NCBI GenBank assembly: GCA_965203805.1
Contig: OZ241917.1
Span: 4,512,001-4,576,000 of the forward strand
Source of the DNA: Candidatus Latescibacterota bacterium
Lineage (GTDB): Bacteria > Latescibacterota > UBA2968 > GCA-2709665
DNA: 64,000 bases
Direction of reading: 5' to 3'
Shown here one piece after another: positions 41,762-51,632 of this stretch. Numbering within the stretch: the stretch's first letter is position 1; the number at the start of each line of letters is the position of its first letter. The notes beneath the pieces are model-generated. The model was given only the letters and a program-made list of their open reading frames with translations, did no database searches and was not told where the DNA came from. The translations under genes were made by a program, and so were the position numbers.

Positions 41762-44593
41762 GTGACGTCAGATCGAACAAGGAGTTGGCGTTACCCGGGC
41801 GCTCGTTGGTGGAAATTCGACTTCCACACCCACACCCCCGAGTCGAAGGACTATGGTCAAGGACCCAACCAAACAGCCCTAAGGCAGATTAAACCGAAAG
41901 AATGGTTGTTAGCCGTTATGCGTGTTGGCGTAGATTGTGTGGCGATAACGGATCACAACTCGGGCGATTGGACTGACAGGCTTAAAGAGGCACTCCAGGA
42001 ACTAGAGTGTGAATCTCATCCGGATTTTAGACCGCTTTACCTGTTTCCTGGTGTTGAAATTACCGCCAACGGTGGAACCCATATATTGGCGATACTGGAT
42101 ACAAGCAAGTCGTCTGCCGATGTGGCGACGCTTCTTGGCGCAGTTGAGTACCACGGTGAACGCGGCGCTTGTGAAGTCACTGCAAACAAATCGCCAATTG
42201 GCGTCGTCGAAGCTATTGTTGACTTTGGTGGTATTCCAATTTTGGCACATGTGGACGAGCCAAGTGGAGCCTGGAAGCTTAAGGGAAACACGCTTAGCCC
42301 GCTGCTCGAATTCGATGGTTTGTTTGCAATGGAAGTTGTCGATCCGAACGCAAAAAAACCCGCAAAGTACCGACAGATGAAGCTAAAATGGGCAGAAGTT
42401 CTTGGATCGGACTCACACGACCACACCGGTAAGACTGGATCCCGTGTTCTTGGTTCCGACTACACATGGGTAAAGATGGCGGAACCGTCTCTCGAGGGAC
42501 TGCGCCTGGCATTGCTGGACGGCGGTGGGTTTTCAATTCGGCGTAGTGATGATTTGAGTCCTTTCGATCCTTTTAGATTGCCCGATCACTTCGTCGAGGC
42601 TTTGGAAATTGAAGATGCGCAATATATGGGACGAGGCGAATCGGCAAAACTCAGCTTTAGTCCGTGGTTAAACGCTATGGTAGGTGGACGAGGGACGGGA
42701 AAATCAACAGTAATTCATGGAATAAGGCTTGCTTCAAGACGAGAGCAGGAGTTGTCGAAATTTGAAGAAAACTGCGAGCCCCGCTTGATCTTCGAGCAAT
42801 TTAACCGGGTGCCTGGGGACCGCACGGACCGTGGCGGCTTGACAGATTCGACGGAAATCAGGTGGACCGTAATGCGAAACGAAGTTCGGTATCGCGTGCG
42901 TTGGCGGCGCGACGGCTGCGGGACAGTGGTAGAGGAGAACGCAGGCGAAAACTGGGTTCCGTCAAGCATTCAAAGTGTTACGCCCGAGCGCTTTCCAATC
43001 CGGATTTTTAGCCAGGGACAGATTGCGGCGTTGGCCGGCGAGAACCAACAGGCATTGTTGCAGGTGATTGACGATGCCGCTGGAGTGGTTAGGCTACAAA
43101 GGCAACTCAATGATGCTATAAGCGAATTCTATGCGGCGCGGACGCGGATTCGCGAGATGGATGGAAAATTAGTTCGTTGGGACGATCTAAAAGTTGATAT
43201 GCAGGATGTGGAGAGGAAACTGGCTCGTTTTGAGGAAGCCCGCCATGGGGAAGTTCTGACGAGCTACCAACGCCGAAGCCGACAGAAAAGGGAAATGGAA
43301 CGTCAGTTCGAAGCCGCCGATGGCACCGTACGGGTTATTGAAGATACAATTGCTGTGCTGCAATCCGAGGATGTTCCAGACAGGTTGTTCGACACGGATT
43401 CCGACGAAGACCGCGAAGCCATCGCCACCATCGATGCACTGGCTTCCGCAGTCCGCACGGCAGGCGAAACCCTTAAAGGAGCCGCGGAGAGTCTCCGAGT
43501 CGTCATCAACACACAACGGGACGAATTGTCAAAAAGCAAATGGCAGAGGGCTGTAAATCAAATCGTGTCTGAATACAAGCAACTGGTCGAAACACTTCAA
43601 TCGGAGGGTGTCTCCGATCCGAGCGAATACGGCCGACTCGTGCAGGAAAGGCAGCGACTCGATAGCGAAATCGAACTTCTGGAGTCGTTAAGTAAAGAAC
43701 GGGACGAGCTGAATGAGCGATCCCGAACGTTGCTCGGGCACGTACAAGAAGCTCGGCGCGCTGTGAGTGCTGCACGAGAGGACTTCCTTGAAGATGCACT
43801 GGCGCAGAACAACTTTGTAAGAATCCGAAACCTTTCATACGGCGATGACCCCCGTGTTATCGAGGGTGGGTTGCGCGAGGCATTAGGCGTTCTCGACGAT
43901 CGATTTCAGCTTGACATTTTGGATATGGATGACGAGTCGCGGGTGAAAGGAATCGTTGCAGAACTGCTGAATGACTTGCCGGACGAGTCTGCCCAACGCC
44001 GTTCTGAACTGGAACGCCGTATTGACAATCTAAAAGACCGCTTTGACTCTGCTTGTAAGGGTCGCGGAGACTTTGGAGGTCACTTCAACAACTATCTGGC
44101 GCGTGAATTTAACAATAAGCCGGAATTCCTTGACCGATTGCTTGCCTGGTTCCCGGAGGATTCGTTAAGGGTGGAATACAGCCGTCAAGGAGACGGTAGA
44201 GACTTCAGGCCTATTACGCAGGCTTCGTCCGGACAGCGGTCGGCGGCGATGCTGGCATTCCTACTCGCACACGGCGAGGAACCGCTGGTGCTGGACCAGC
44301 CGGAGGACGATTTGGACAATCACTTGATCTATGACCTGGTAGTACGCCAGATCCGCGAAAACAAACTGAGGAGACAAATCACAGTTGTGACACACAACCC
44401 GAACATTGTGGTAAACGGAGATGCCGAGATGTTGCATGCGCTTGAATTTGTGAGCGGACAGTGCATTGTGCAGCAATCTGGGTCTTTGCAGCAGGAGGCC
44501 ATGAGGGAGGAGGTCTGCCGCGTAATGGAGGGCGGGCGCGAAGCGTTCGAGCGCCGCTATCGCAGACTTGGACCGGAGCCAACCCATGTTTGA
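41762..44593 (+). CDS. PHP phosphoesterase fused to ABC ATPase (TrlF/Ppl-like defence protein)
   Basis: DFHTHTP, ITDHN, GVEI, GSDSH; GGRGTGKS, SSGQ, LDQPEDDLDN, THN. Confidence 0.85.
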   Translation: MTSDRTRSWRYPGARWWKFDFHTHTPESKDYGQGPNQTALRQIKPKEWLLAVMRVGVDCVAITDHNSGDWTDRLKEALQELECESHPDFRPLYLFPGVEITANGGTHILAILDTSKSSADVATLLGAVEYHGERGACEVTANKSPIGVVEAIVDFGGIPILAHVDEPSGAWKLKGNTLSPLLEFDGLFAMEVVDPNAKKPAKYRQMKLKWAEVLGSDSHDHTGKTGSRVLGSDYTWVKMAEPSLEGLRLALLDGGGFSIRRSDDLSPFDPFRLPDHFVEALEIEDAQYMGRGESAKLSFSPWLNAMVGGRGTGKSTVIHGIRLASRREQELSKFEENCEPRLIFEQFNRVPGDRTDRGGLTDSTEIRWTVMRNEVRYRVRWRRDGCGTVVEENAGENWVPSSIQSVTPERFPIRIFSQGQIAALAGENQQALLQVIDDAAGVVRLQRQLNDAISEFYAARTRIREMDGKLVRWDDLKVDMQDVERKLARFEEARHGEVLTSYQRRSRQKREMERQFEAADGTVRVIEDTIAVLQSEDVPDRLFDTDSDEDREAIATIDALASAVRTAGETLKGAAESLRVVINTQRDELSKSKWQRAVNQIVSEYKQLVETLQSEGVSDPSEYGRLVQERQRLDSEIELLESLSKERDELNERSRTLLGHVQEARRAVSAAREDFLEDALAQNNFVRIRNLSYGDDPRVIEGGLREALGVLDDRFQLDILDMDDESRVKGIVAELLNDLPDESAQRRSELERRIDNLKDRFDSACKGRGDFGGHFNNYLAREFNNKPEFLDRLLAWFPEDSLRVEYSRQGDGRDFRPITQASSGQRSAAMLAFLLAHGEEPLVLDQPEDDLDNHLIYDLVVRQIRENKLRRQITVVTHNPNIVVNGDAEMLHALEFVSGQCIVQQSGSLQQEAMREEVCRVMEGGREAFERRYRRLGPEPTHV

Positions 44594-45845
44594 TAGTCAA
44601 AAGGAACTGCTTGACAAGATTCAACTGGGCGAAGACACGTTTCTGGAATGCAAGGAGGTCCGGTTTTCGGGAAAACGTGTTTCCGACCCACATCGCGACT
44701 CTCTCGCCGACTCCCTTGCCGCCTTTGCAAACAGCCAGGGAGGAATCTTGGTGATGGGCGTGGAAGATGAATCACGTGAGATCCTGGGTATTCCCCTTGC
44801 ACGTCTCGATCTGGTGGAGCGATTCGTTCATGAGATTTGCCAGGACTCCGTCGATCCACCCCTTTCGCCGACTATAGAACGGCTAAGGCTGCCAGCGACC
44901 ATCGGAGAGGAGGTAGCGGTCATCAAGATAGATGTGCGCCCCAGTCTGTTTGTGCATCGAAGTCCGGGTGGTTACCTGCATCGAGTCGGAAGCGCCAAAC
45001 GGGTTATGCCCTCTGACTTTCTGGCTCGTCTATTTCAACACCGTAGTCAGATTAGCGTCATTCGCTTTGATGATCAGGCGGTTCCTCAAGCCGAACTGGA
45101 CGACTTGAACGATGATTTGTGGCAGCGGTTTTTAACTTCCCGGTCGCGCAATCAGCGCGACGACTTTCTTTTTAAGCTGGGCATGGCGCGAATGGAATCC
45201 AACGGCTCGATCCGTCCAACGGTAGCGGGCGTCCTGATGGCAGCCCGTGATTCCCGGACTTGGCTGCCTAATGCCTACATTCAGGCTGTCGCCTATCGGG
45301 GCGAGCAAATCCGAGTGGAGCAATCGGGTGACCCGTATCAGATTGATGCTGCCGATATCTACGGTCCGTTGGATACCCAGGTTACCGATGCCTGTCGATT
45401 CGTAATTAAGAATATGAAAACAGCCGCAGATAAGGAACTAGGGAGGCGTGACCGCCCGCAGTTCGACATTACGGCAGTTTTTGAGGCATTGGTCAATGCA
45501 GTCGCCCATCGTGATTACTCCATTCACGGCTCCAAGATCCGACTCAGGATATTTTCCAACCGGCTAGAATTGTATTCACCTGGGGCGCTACCAAATACGT
45601 TGACAGTCGAAAGTCTCCCATACAGACAGTCAGCTCGCAATGACGCGATATGCAGCCTGCTCGCCCGATGTACAGTGCCCGCAGACGTGCCCTGGCTTGT
45701 CACCGACCGTGAAACGCTTATGGACAAGCGGGGCGAAGGCGTGCGCATTATCTATGACAATAGTGAAACGCTTTCGGGACGATTACCTGAATACAGTTTG
45801 ATCGACGATAGTGAGTTGCGGCTCGTAATCTGGGCCGCGAAATAG
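44586..45845 (+). CDS. AlbA_2/Schlafen domain plus HATPase_c_4 (RecG C-terminal-like) protein
   Basis: GED..LECK, AFANS.GG.L..GV.D, EALVNAVAHRDY, SPG.L. Confidence 0.85.
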   Translation: MFDSQKELLDKIQLGEDTFLECKEVRFSGKRVSDPHRDSLADSLAAFANSQGGILVMGVEDESREILGIPLARLDLVERFVHEICQDSVDPPLSPTIERLRLPATIGEEVAVIKIDVRPSLFVHRSPGGYLHRVGSAKRVMPSDFLARLFQHRSQISVIRFDDQAVPQAELDDLNDDLWQRFLTSRSRNQRDDFLFKLGMARMESNGSIRPTVAGVLMAARDSRTWLPNAYIQAVAYRGEQIRVEQSGDPYQIDAADIYGPLDTQVTDACRFVIKNMKTAADKELGRRDRPQFDITAVFEALVNAVAHRDYSIHGSKIRLRIFSNRLELYSPGALPNTLTVESLPYRQSARNDAICSLLARCTVPADVPWLVTDRETLMDKRGEGVRIIYDNSETLSGRLPEYSLIDDSELRLVIWAAK

Positions 45846-45889
45846 CTCGTTGGCTCGCAGGCGACGTTGATTTCCGATGAATCAATCCA

Positions 45890-46327
45890 ATGAATATCTC
45901 AACCATCGGCTTTACGAGAAAGCCCGCAAGCCGTTTCTTCGGCTTGCTGATGCAGTCAGGCGCAAGGCGCGTCGTCGACGTTCGGCTAAACAACGCGTCG
46001 CAATTGGCCGGCTTTGCGAAGAAGGACGACCTGGCGTATTTCCTGCGGGAACTCTGTGGGATGGACTCCATCCATCTGCCCGAATTGGCGCCGACGAAGG
46101 AATTGCTGGACGATTACAGGAAACGGCGGTTTGACTGGGAGACCTGCGAGAACCGTTTCAACGGGCTGATGTGCGAGCGGCGGATCGAGGAGACGGTTCC
46201 GATTGAGATCGTCGCGGATGGTTGTCTGCTGTGCAGCAAGGATAAGCCGCACCGCTGCCATAGGCGGCTCGTGGCCGAGTATCTGAAACACCATTGGGGC
46301 GACGTGGAAATCGTCTACCTCGGATAG
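45890..46327 (+). CDS. DUF488 family protein
   Basis: TIGFT, VDVRL, LAPT, LLC....P..CHRR. Confidence 0.85.
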   Translation: MNISTIGFTRKPASRFFGLLMQSGARRVVDVRLNNASQLAGFAKKDDLAYFLRELCGMDSIHLPELAPTKELLDDYRKRRFDWETCENRFNGLMCERRIEETVPIEIVADGCLLCSKDKPHRCHRRLVAEYLKHHWGDVEIVYLG

Positions 46328-46337
46328 TTGGTTAAGC

Positions 46338-46663
46338 ATGGATGTGCCGGCCTCGGAGACATTCATACCGATCATGGTAGACCGAATTGTAGAAGGCTTC
46401 CAGCCTTCTCGGCTCGTTCTCTTCGGTCCCATGCACATGGCACGGCCACCGACACAAGTGACGTAGACTTGCTGGTAATTCTGCCCAATGGGTCTGACAA
46501 GCGGGATACGGCTATCGAGGTCCGCCGCGCCCTGGGAGATCTCCCGGTTTGCAAGGAAATAGTGATTGCCACTCCCGGGGAAGTCACTCGTCGCGGTCAT
46601 CTTGTTGGTACCTTGTTGCGTTCAGCACTCCGCGAAGGAAAGGTACTGTATGAGCGATCCTGA
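46338..46663 (+). pseudogene. Minimal nucleotidyltransferase (MNT), frameshifted at LFGS
   Basis: Paralog of 49691-50029; 1-nt loss at TTCGGTCCCATG; SDVDLLV in the shifted frame. Confidence 0.8.
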
Positions 46664-46760
46664 ACACGTTGACCGAACTCGCCGATGGCTTCGTTTCGCC
46701 ATGGAGGATCTCGACGTTGCCCAATGCTTGCTGGCGACGGATGGCTCACGACCTCGCCCT
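46650..46760 (+). pseudogene. HEPN toxin N-terminal fragment
   Basis: RRWL.FA.EDL..A..LL; similarity ends at a REP-like sequence (46758). Confidence 0.65.
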
Positions 46761-46907
46761 GGAAGCGCGGACGTCTCGCTCACATGTCCCGTAGAATCCA
46801 CCGACTTTGGCGATTTTGTCTTAAGATTGTGACAGACACATTACCAATATTCGCCTCCCTATTTCGCTACTCCAACACGGTCACTCTCAAAAGAAGGTAC
46901 GGACGCC

Positions 46908-48044
46908 ATGTCTGAAGAACGCCCGGGCACCTGCCTGCATCTTCCGGATCTGTCGATAACCGGATTTCGGGGAATCGCGTCGCTAACCATTAAGCGGTTG
47001 GGTCGCGTTACGCTGCTTGCGGGAAAGAACAGCGTCGGCAAGACAACCGTTTTGGATGCCGTCCGGGTCTACGCGGCGCGCGGTCGCCCTTTCATTCTGT
47101 CCGACGTGTTGAAGAGCCACGAAGAGGTGGCTGCCGCTACGTATCGCGGTGACAAAGAGGGAATTGACCCTCATCTGGAGGCGCTCTTCCACGGACGGGA
47201 CGCTTCCGGGGAGGCGTCCTTCTCGATCGGCCCGGATAACGGTTGGGACCAGCTTAGAGTTGAAGCGATTCCCCCAGATAAAGCCACTCGTCCTAGTCAT
47301 GGACATCCCCCCGATTTTTTCGTGGCGCCAACAAGATTGCTTAAAATCGTCAGTCAAGACACTGAGCAGATAATTCCCTGGTATTTCTCTCCCTATGCGT
47401 TGAGTACCAAATTGGCCAAAAGTCGCCGTATATATCAGTATCTCTTGAATACGTCTGCAGATTACGACCTACCAGCCGCAATCGACTGCCGGTCCATGGG
47501 TCCGGCCCTGTTGAGCAAGGACGAAGTCGTGGTCTTTTGGGATGACATCGCGCTGACCGACGATGAGGAATGGGTGGTCAATTCCCTGCAGCCTGTTCTC
47601 GGCGACCAGGTACAGCGCATTGGGACAATCGGAGATAACAGTAACGGACGACGGGTGATCGCCAGAGTCCGGGGGCAGTCCTTTCCGGTCCCTCTCGAAA
47701 GCTTTGGTGATGGGGCCCTGCGCCTGTTCGGCACTGCCCTGATGCTGGTCAACAGCCGGGACGGCTTCCTGCTCATCGACGAAGCGGAAAACGGCATTCA
47801 CCATACCGTCCAACGCGATTTCTGGCGCATGGTACTTGAGACCGCGGACCAAAACAACGTGCAGGTTCTCGCGACAACGCACAGCTATGACTGTGTGCGA
47901 GGTTTTGCGCAGGCGGTTAACGAATGCGAGGGAATCGACGGGGGGCTTGTGCGTCTCGAACGTAGCGACAGGGAAATGTGGGCAGTTGAGTATTCGGAAG
48001 ATGATCTCAAGGTCGTTGCTGATCAACACATTGAAGTGAGGTAA
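46908..48044 (+). CDS. ABC-type (AAA_21) ATPase
   Basis: FRGI, GKNSVGKT, FGDG, IDEAENGIH, TTHS; ends EVR. Confidence 0.88.
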   Translation: MSEERPGTCLHLPDLSITGFRGIASLTIKRLGRVTLLAGKNSVGKTTVLDAVRVYAARGRPFILSDVLKSHEEVAAATYRGDKEGIDPHLEALFHGRDASGEASFSIGPDNGWDQLRVEAIPPDKATRPSHGHPPDFFVAPTRLLKIVSQDTEQIIPWYFSPYALSTKLAKSRRIYQYLLNTSADYDLPAAIDCRSMGPALLSKDEVVVFWDDIALTDDEEWVVNSLQPVLGDQVQRIGTIGDNSNGRRVIARVRGQSFPVPLESFGDGALRLFGTALMLVNSRDGFLLIDEAENGIHHTVQRDFWRMVLETADQNNVQVLATTHSYDCVRGFAQAVNECEGIDGGLVRLERSDREMWAVEYSEDDLKVVADQHIEVR

Positions 48045-48045
48045 A

Positions 48046-48663
48046 TTGATGGATAATGGTGACCGTGTCCTGCTTGTTGAAGGACAAGCCGACAAGCACG
48101 TCGTCTCACATCTATGCTCAAGATTTCAGCCAATGCCCCAATTCCATATAGAAGATAAGGGCGGTATCCAAAAGCTCTTTGATTCGATTATTCAGGAAGC
48201 CAGAGTTTCCGACCGCAAAGCCCTCGGTATTCTCTTAGACGTAATCGACGATTTGAACGCCCGATGGAGTGCCGTGACTGATCGGCTTCAAAAAGAGAAT
48301 ATCGAGGTTCCTCGTACCCCTGAACCAACCGGTACCTTAATCGACGGCACCGTCCGTACCCCTCGAGTTGGCATCTGGTTGATGCCCGACAATTCATCAC
48401 CCGGCGAACTCGAAGACTTCGTTGCGGAAATGGTTCCAGACGATGATCCAATATGGCCGCGAGCCCGCCGTTACATCGACTGCATTCCAGAGGCGGATCG
48501 TAAGTTTACTGAGAAAAAGATACAGCGAGCCAGGATCCACGCCTGGTTAGCGACTAGAAAGGAACCCAGGAAGATTGGCACCGCCATTTATACGGGAGAT
48601 TTGCGCGTTGATGGAAGACTCAGCACAGAATTCGCGGAGTGGCTAAGGGAATTGTTTAAATGA
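48046..48663 (+). CDS. DUF3226-type (TOPRIM-like) partner protein
   Basis: LLVEG..D, GIWLMPDN.SPGELEDF, WLA. Confidence 0.75.
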   Translation: MMDNGDRVLLVEGQADKHVVSHLCSRFQPMPQFHIEDKGGIQKLFDSIIQEARVSDRKALGILLDVIDDLNARWSAVTDRLQKENIEVPRTPEPTGTLIDGTVRTPRVGIWLMPDNSSPGELEDFVAEMVPDDDPIWPRARRYIDCIPEADRKFTEKKIQRARIHAWLATRKEPRKIGTAIYTGDLRVDGRLSTEFAEWLRELFK

Positions 48664-48667
48664 GCGA

Positions 48668-49501
48668 ATGGAAGATATTTTGACTCCTGCTGAACAAATC
48701 GCAAAGGACACCTGGGAACGATTGAAACAGTCACGCGAACTCCAGACCCGGTTGGGAGAGGTAACCCTTACTGATTTGCTCGTTTTGGATTTCGTGCGTT
48801 TCATGGATGGTCGCGCCAGGTTATTTCAAAGTACCAACAAACAGGAATCGAAACGGGGGACCGATCTCGAGATCCGGATTCACGCCGGATGCAATCGAGC
48901 CGTCGCGTTTGCACTGCAAGCCAAGAAGCTGTATCCAGATGAAGGGTATCGTGAATTAAAGACCACGGTGAAGTCATCGAACTCTCTTCAATTGGACATA
49001 CTTGAGGATTATGCTGAATCAGTGTGCGCTGTCCCACTCTATCTACTGTACAACTACGTGTGCTGGGATGATTTACAGCCATATTGGCATTGCCGTGAGC
49101 GCCTCAACGTAGACATCGAACAACTGGGTTGTACCGTGGTACCAAGTCGGATAATTCGGCGTGCGATTTGTAAACGCGGACGCAGGAACTTCGAGTGGAT
49201 CCACAGATCCAACCATGTATTGCCGTGGCGTTGTCTTTTCAACTGCCCGCACCAATGCACGCAGCGCTATGACAGCGAGTACATTGAACCAGTTGATGGC
49301 GGGTGGCCTGACTGGCTTTGGTCTCGAAATAGCACGACGTTTTCTGACGAAGACGTGGACAGATTGCGTGAGGAGATTTCAAACCGAGAGATATCGAGGC
49401 GGAAATTGGAACAGTCCGATATTCCAGACGGATTTGGACATACCGACGAGATTGGCGAACTGCCAAGTTACCTCATCTTGGTCAAGGAGAAGACCGGATA
49501 A
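48668..49501 (+). CDS. DUF6615-like putative nuclease
   Basis: GE.TLTD, E...G.D.E, LQAKKL, PLYLLYN. Confidence 0.65.
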   Translation: MEDILTPAEQIAKDTWERLKQSRELQTRLGEVTLTDLLVLDFVRFMDGRARLFQSTNKQESKRGTDLEIRIHAGCNRAVAFALQAKKLYPDEGYRELKTTVKSSNSLQLDILEDYAESVCAVPLYLLYNYVCWDDLQPYWHCRERLNVDIEQLGCTVVPSRIIRRAICKRGRRNFEWIHRSNHVLPWRCLFNCPHQCTQRYDSEYIEPVDGGWPDWLWSRNSTTFSDEDVDRLREEISNREISRRKLEQSDIPDGFGHTDEIGELPSYLILVKEKTG

Positions 49502-49565
49502 ACAGATCGAATGTAGCACGACGCTAATCCCGCGGTGCCTCGGCAACCGTTCCGAACAAACTACT

Positions 49566-49731
49566 CGCGGACGGTTGTCTGCTGTGCAGCGAAGATAAAC
49601 CGCACCACTGCCGTAGGCGGCTCGTGGCCGAATATCTAAAACACCATTGGGGCGACGTGGAAATCGCCCACCTCGGATAGTGGGTTAAGCATGGATGTGC
49701 CGGTCTCGGAGACATTCATACCGATCATGGT
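49566..49731 (+). repeat. Direct repeat of DUF488 3' end plus MNT 5' end (copy of ~46213-46378)
   Basis: Near-identical stretch GGTTGTCTGCTGTGCAGC...CATACCGATCATGGT. Confidence 0.9.
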
Positions 49732-50029
49732 CGATCGGATCGTCTCGCGGTTCACACCCTATCGCGTGATTCTGTTCGGATCGCATGCACGTGAAAGGGC
49801 CGGCAAGTGGAGCGATATAGACTTCCTCGTGGTGTTGCCGAACGGCACTGATCGACGTCACGCGGCTGTTGAAATTTATCGGGCGCTGGGAGATTTGCCC
49901 GTGGCCAAAGACATTGTCGTGACCACGCCAGAGGAGATCGAACGTCGCGGTCACGTCGTCGGTGGTGTGCTGTACGAAGCGCTTCGTAATGGAAAAACCA
50001 TCTATGAACGACCCCGTGCGCCTTCGTGA
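49691..50029 (+). CDS. Minimal nucleotidyltransferase (MNT antitoxin-like)
   Basis: LFGSHAR...SDIDFLVV. Confidence 0.85.
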   Translation: MDVPVSETFIPIMVDRIVSRFTPYRVILFGSHARERAGKWSDIDFLVVLPNGTDRRHAAVEIYRALGDLPVAKDIVVTTPEEIERRGHVVGGVLYEALRNGKTIYERPRAPS

Positions 50030-50235
50030 AGCGCGTCGCTTGTTTCATTTCGAGACGGGAGATCTCGTTTTCGGACAACGCTTCTTGTCGGCCAACGGCG
50101 CTTGACGTCGGCACACCCGATCCGTCGTCTAACAAATTGACAGATCGCCAATATCCGTCAGCGGTACTACGACGCGAACTTCGAGACCCAGGACATCCCG
50201 CATTTGATAGCGAGCTCGGTATCTATTTCGAATGA
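50004..50235 (+). pseudogene. Decayed HEPN gene
   Basis: MNDP...ARR...F...DL parallels the 46650 fragment; premature stop. Confidence 0.45.
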
Positions 50236-50456
50236 ACTGTGTCAGAGGAGCGATTGCATTGTGACAAGCGATGACACAAATTTCGGCGCAATGCCCGAAA
50301 CAAGGAAATTCAACGAGCTTGCTTCGCGCGAAGCGTTGCTTATCTGGACTATGGATTGCACGCAACTACTGTGAAGTTCTGTCAGGCGTGACCTCAAACG
50401 TCGGCTTCACCAGGAGACCTTGCCGCCTTGTCTTTGACAGATAGGGGAATTGAACC

Positions 50457-51632
50457 ATGCAAATTGAGCAGATTGAGATCAAAAACTACCGTCCCTTCCG
50501 CCACGCGGTCCTCGGAGCTCTGCCGCGCATGGTCGTAGTTGTCGGTGCAAACGGCTCGGGCAAATCAACGCTCTATGATGTATTCAGCTTTCTAAAGGAT
50601 GCGCTGACCCAAAATGTAGCCACGGCGGTCGCCAGGCGAGGCGGATTCCAGGAGCTTGTCAGTCGTGGAGAAAACGGCCCGATCGGTATTACGATTAAAT
50701 TTCGAGAGAAAGGCGGGCGGCTGGCCACATATGTCCTTCAAGTGGCCGAAGATAGTGGACGTGTCGTCGTCCACCGCGAGATTCTACGCTACCGGCGGGG
50801 GCAGTATGGAAAGCCCTGGCATTTCGTTGATTTTTCGCGCGGTACGGGAACTGCGATCACAAATGAGTCCGTGTACGGCCAAAAAGGCGTCGTCGAAGAA
50901 CGGGAAGAGTATGAGCTCGACGATCCAAGCATCCTGGCGATAAAGGGTTTGGGCCAATTCCGTGAATTCCGTGTTGTATCGGAGTATCGTAGCCTGGTTG
51001 AGAACTGGCACGTGTCGAATTTCCACATTGCCGACGCCCGGCCGAGTGTCGACGCTGGCTTCGCCGAACATCTGTCCAGCCGAGGTGACAATGTCGCCCA
51101 AGTCGCCCACTATCTTTACGAGAATCACCGCGACTCGTTCGACCGAATTCTAAGGGCGATGAGTCACCGCGTTCCAGGTGTTAGTAGAGTAGAAGCCAAA
51201 CCCACGGAGGACGGACGTCTGGTTTTACGCTTTCAGGATGGAAGCTTCAAGGATCCATTCATCGCCCGCTACGTCTCCGACGGCACCATAAAGATGTTTG
51301 CATATCTCGTAATGCTCTATGACCCCAGACCTCATCCCTTGTTGGCAGTCGAAAAACCTGAAAACCAACTGTACCCCGAGCTGTTGGTTGAGCTAGCTGA
51401 GGAGTTTCGCGACTACGCCCAGCGAGGAGGTCAAGTGTTTATTTCAACACACTCACCTGATTTCCTGAACGGTGTGGAACTCGAAGAGATCTTCTATTTG
51501 GTCAAGAAAAACGGCTTCACGACTGTGCGCCGAGCATCCGAGAGCGAGTTGCTACGCAACCTCGTCGACGAAGGGGATTTACCAGGTTCTCTCTGGAAGC
51601 AAAGGCTGTTTGAGGGAGTCGGACTACAATGA
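50457..51632 (+). CDS. ABC-type (AAA_21) ATPase
   Basis: NYR, GANGSGKS, SDGT, E(K)PENQLYP, STHS. Confidence 0.88.
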   Translation: MQIEQIEIKNYRPFRHAVLGALPRMVVVVGANGSGKSTLYDVFSFLKDALTQNVATAVARRGGFQELVSRGENGPIGITIKFREKGGRLATYVLQVAEDSGRVVVHREILRYRRGQYGKPWHFVDFSRGTGTAITNESVYGQKGVVEEREEYELDDPSILAIKGLGQFREFRVVSEYRSLVENWHVSNFHIADARPSVDAGFAEHLSSRGDNVAQVAHYLYENHRDSFDRILRAMSHRVPGVSRVEAKPTEDGRLVLRFQDGSFKDPFIARYVSDGTIKMFAYLVMLYDPRPHPLLAVEKPENQLYPELLVELAEEFRDYAQRGGQVFISTHSPDFLNGVELEEIFYLVKKNGFTTVRRASESELLRNLVDEGDLPGSLWKQRLFEGVGLQ

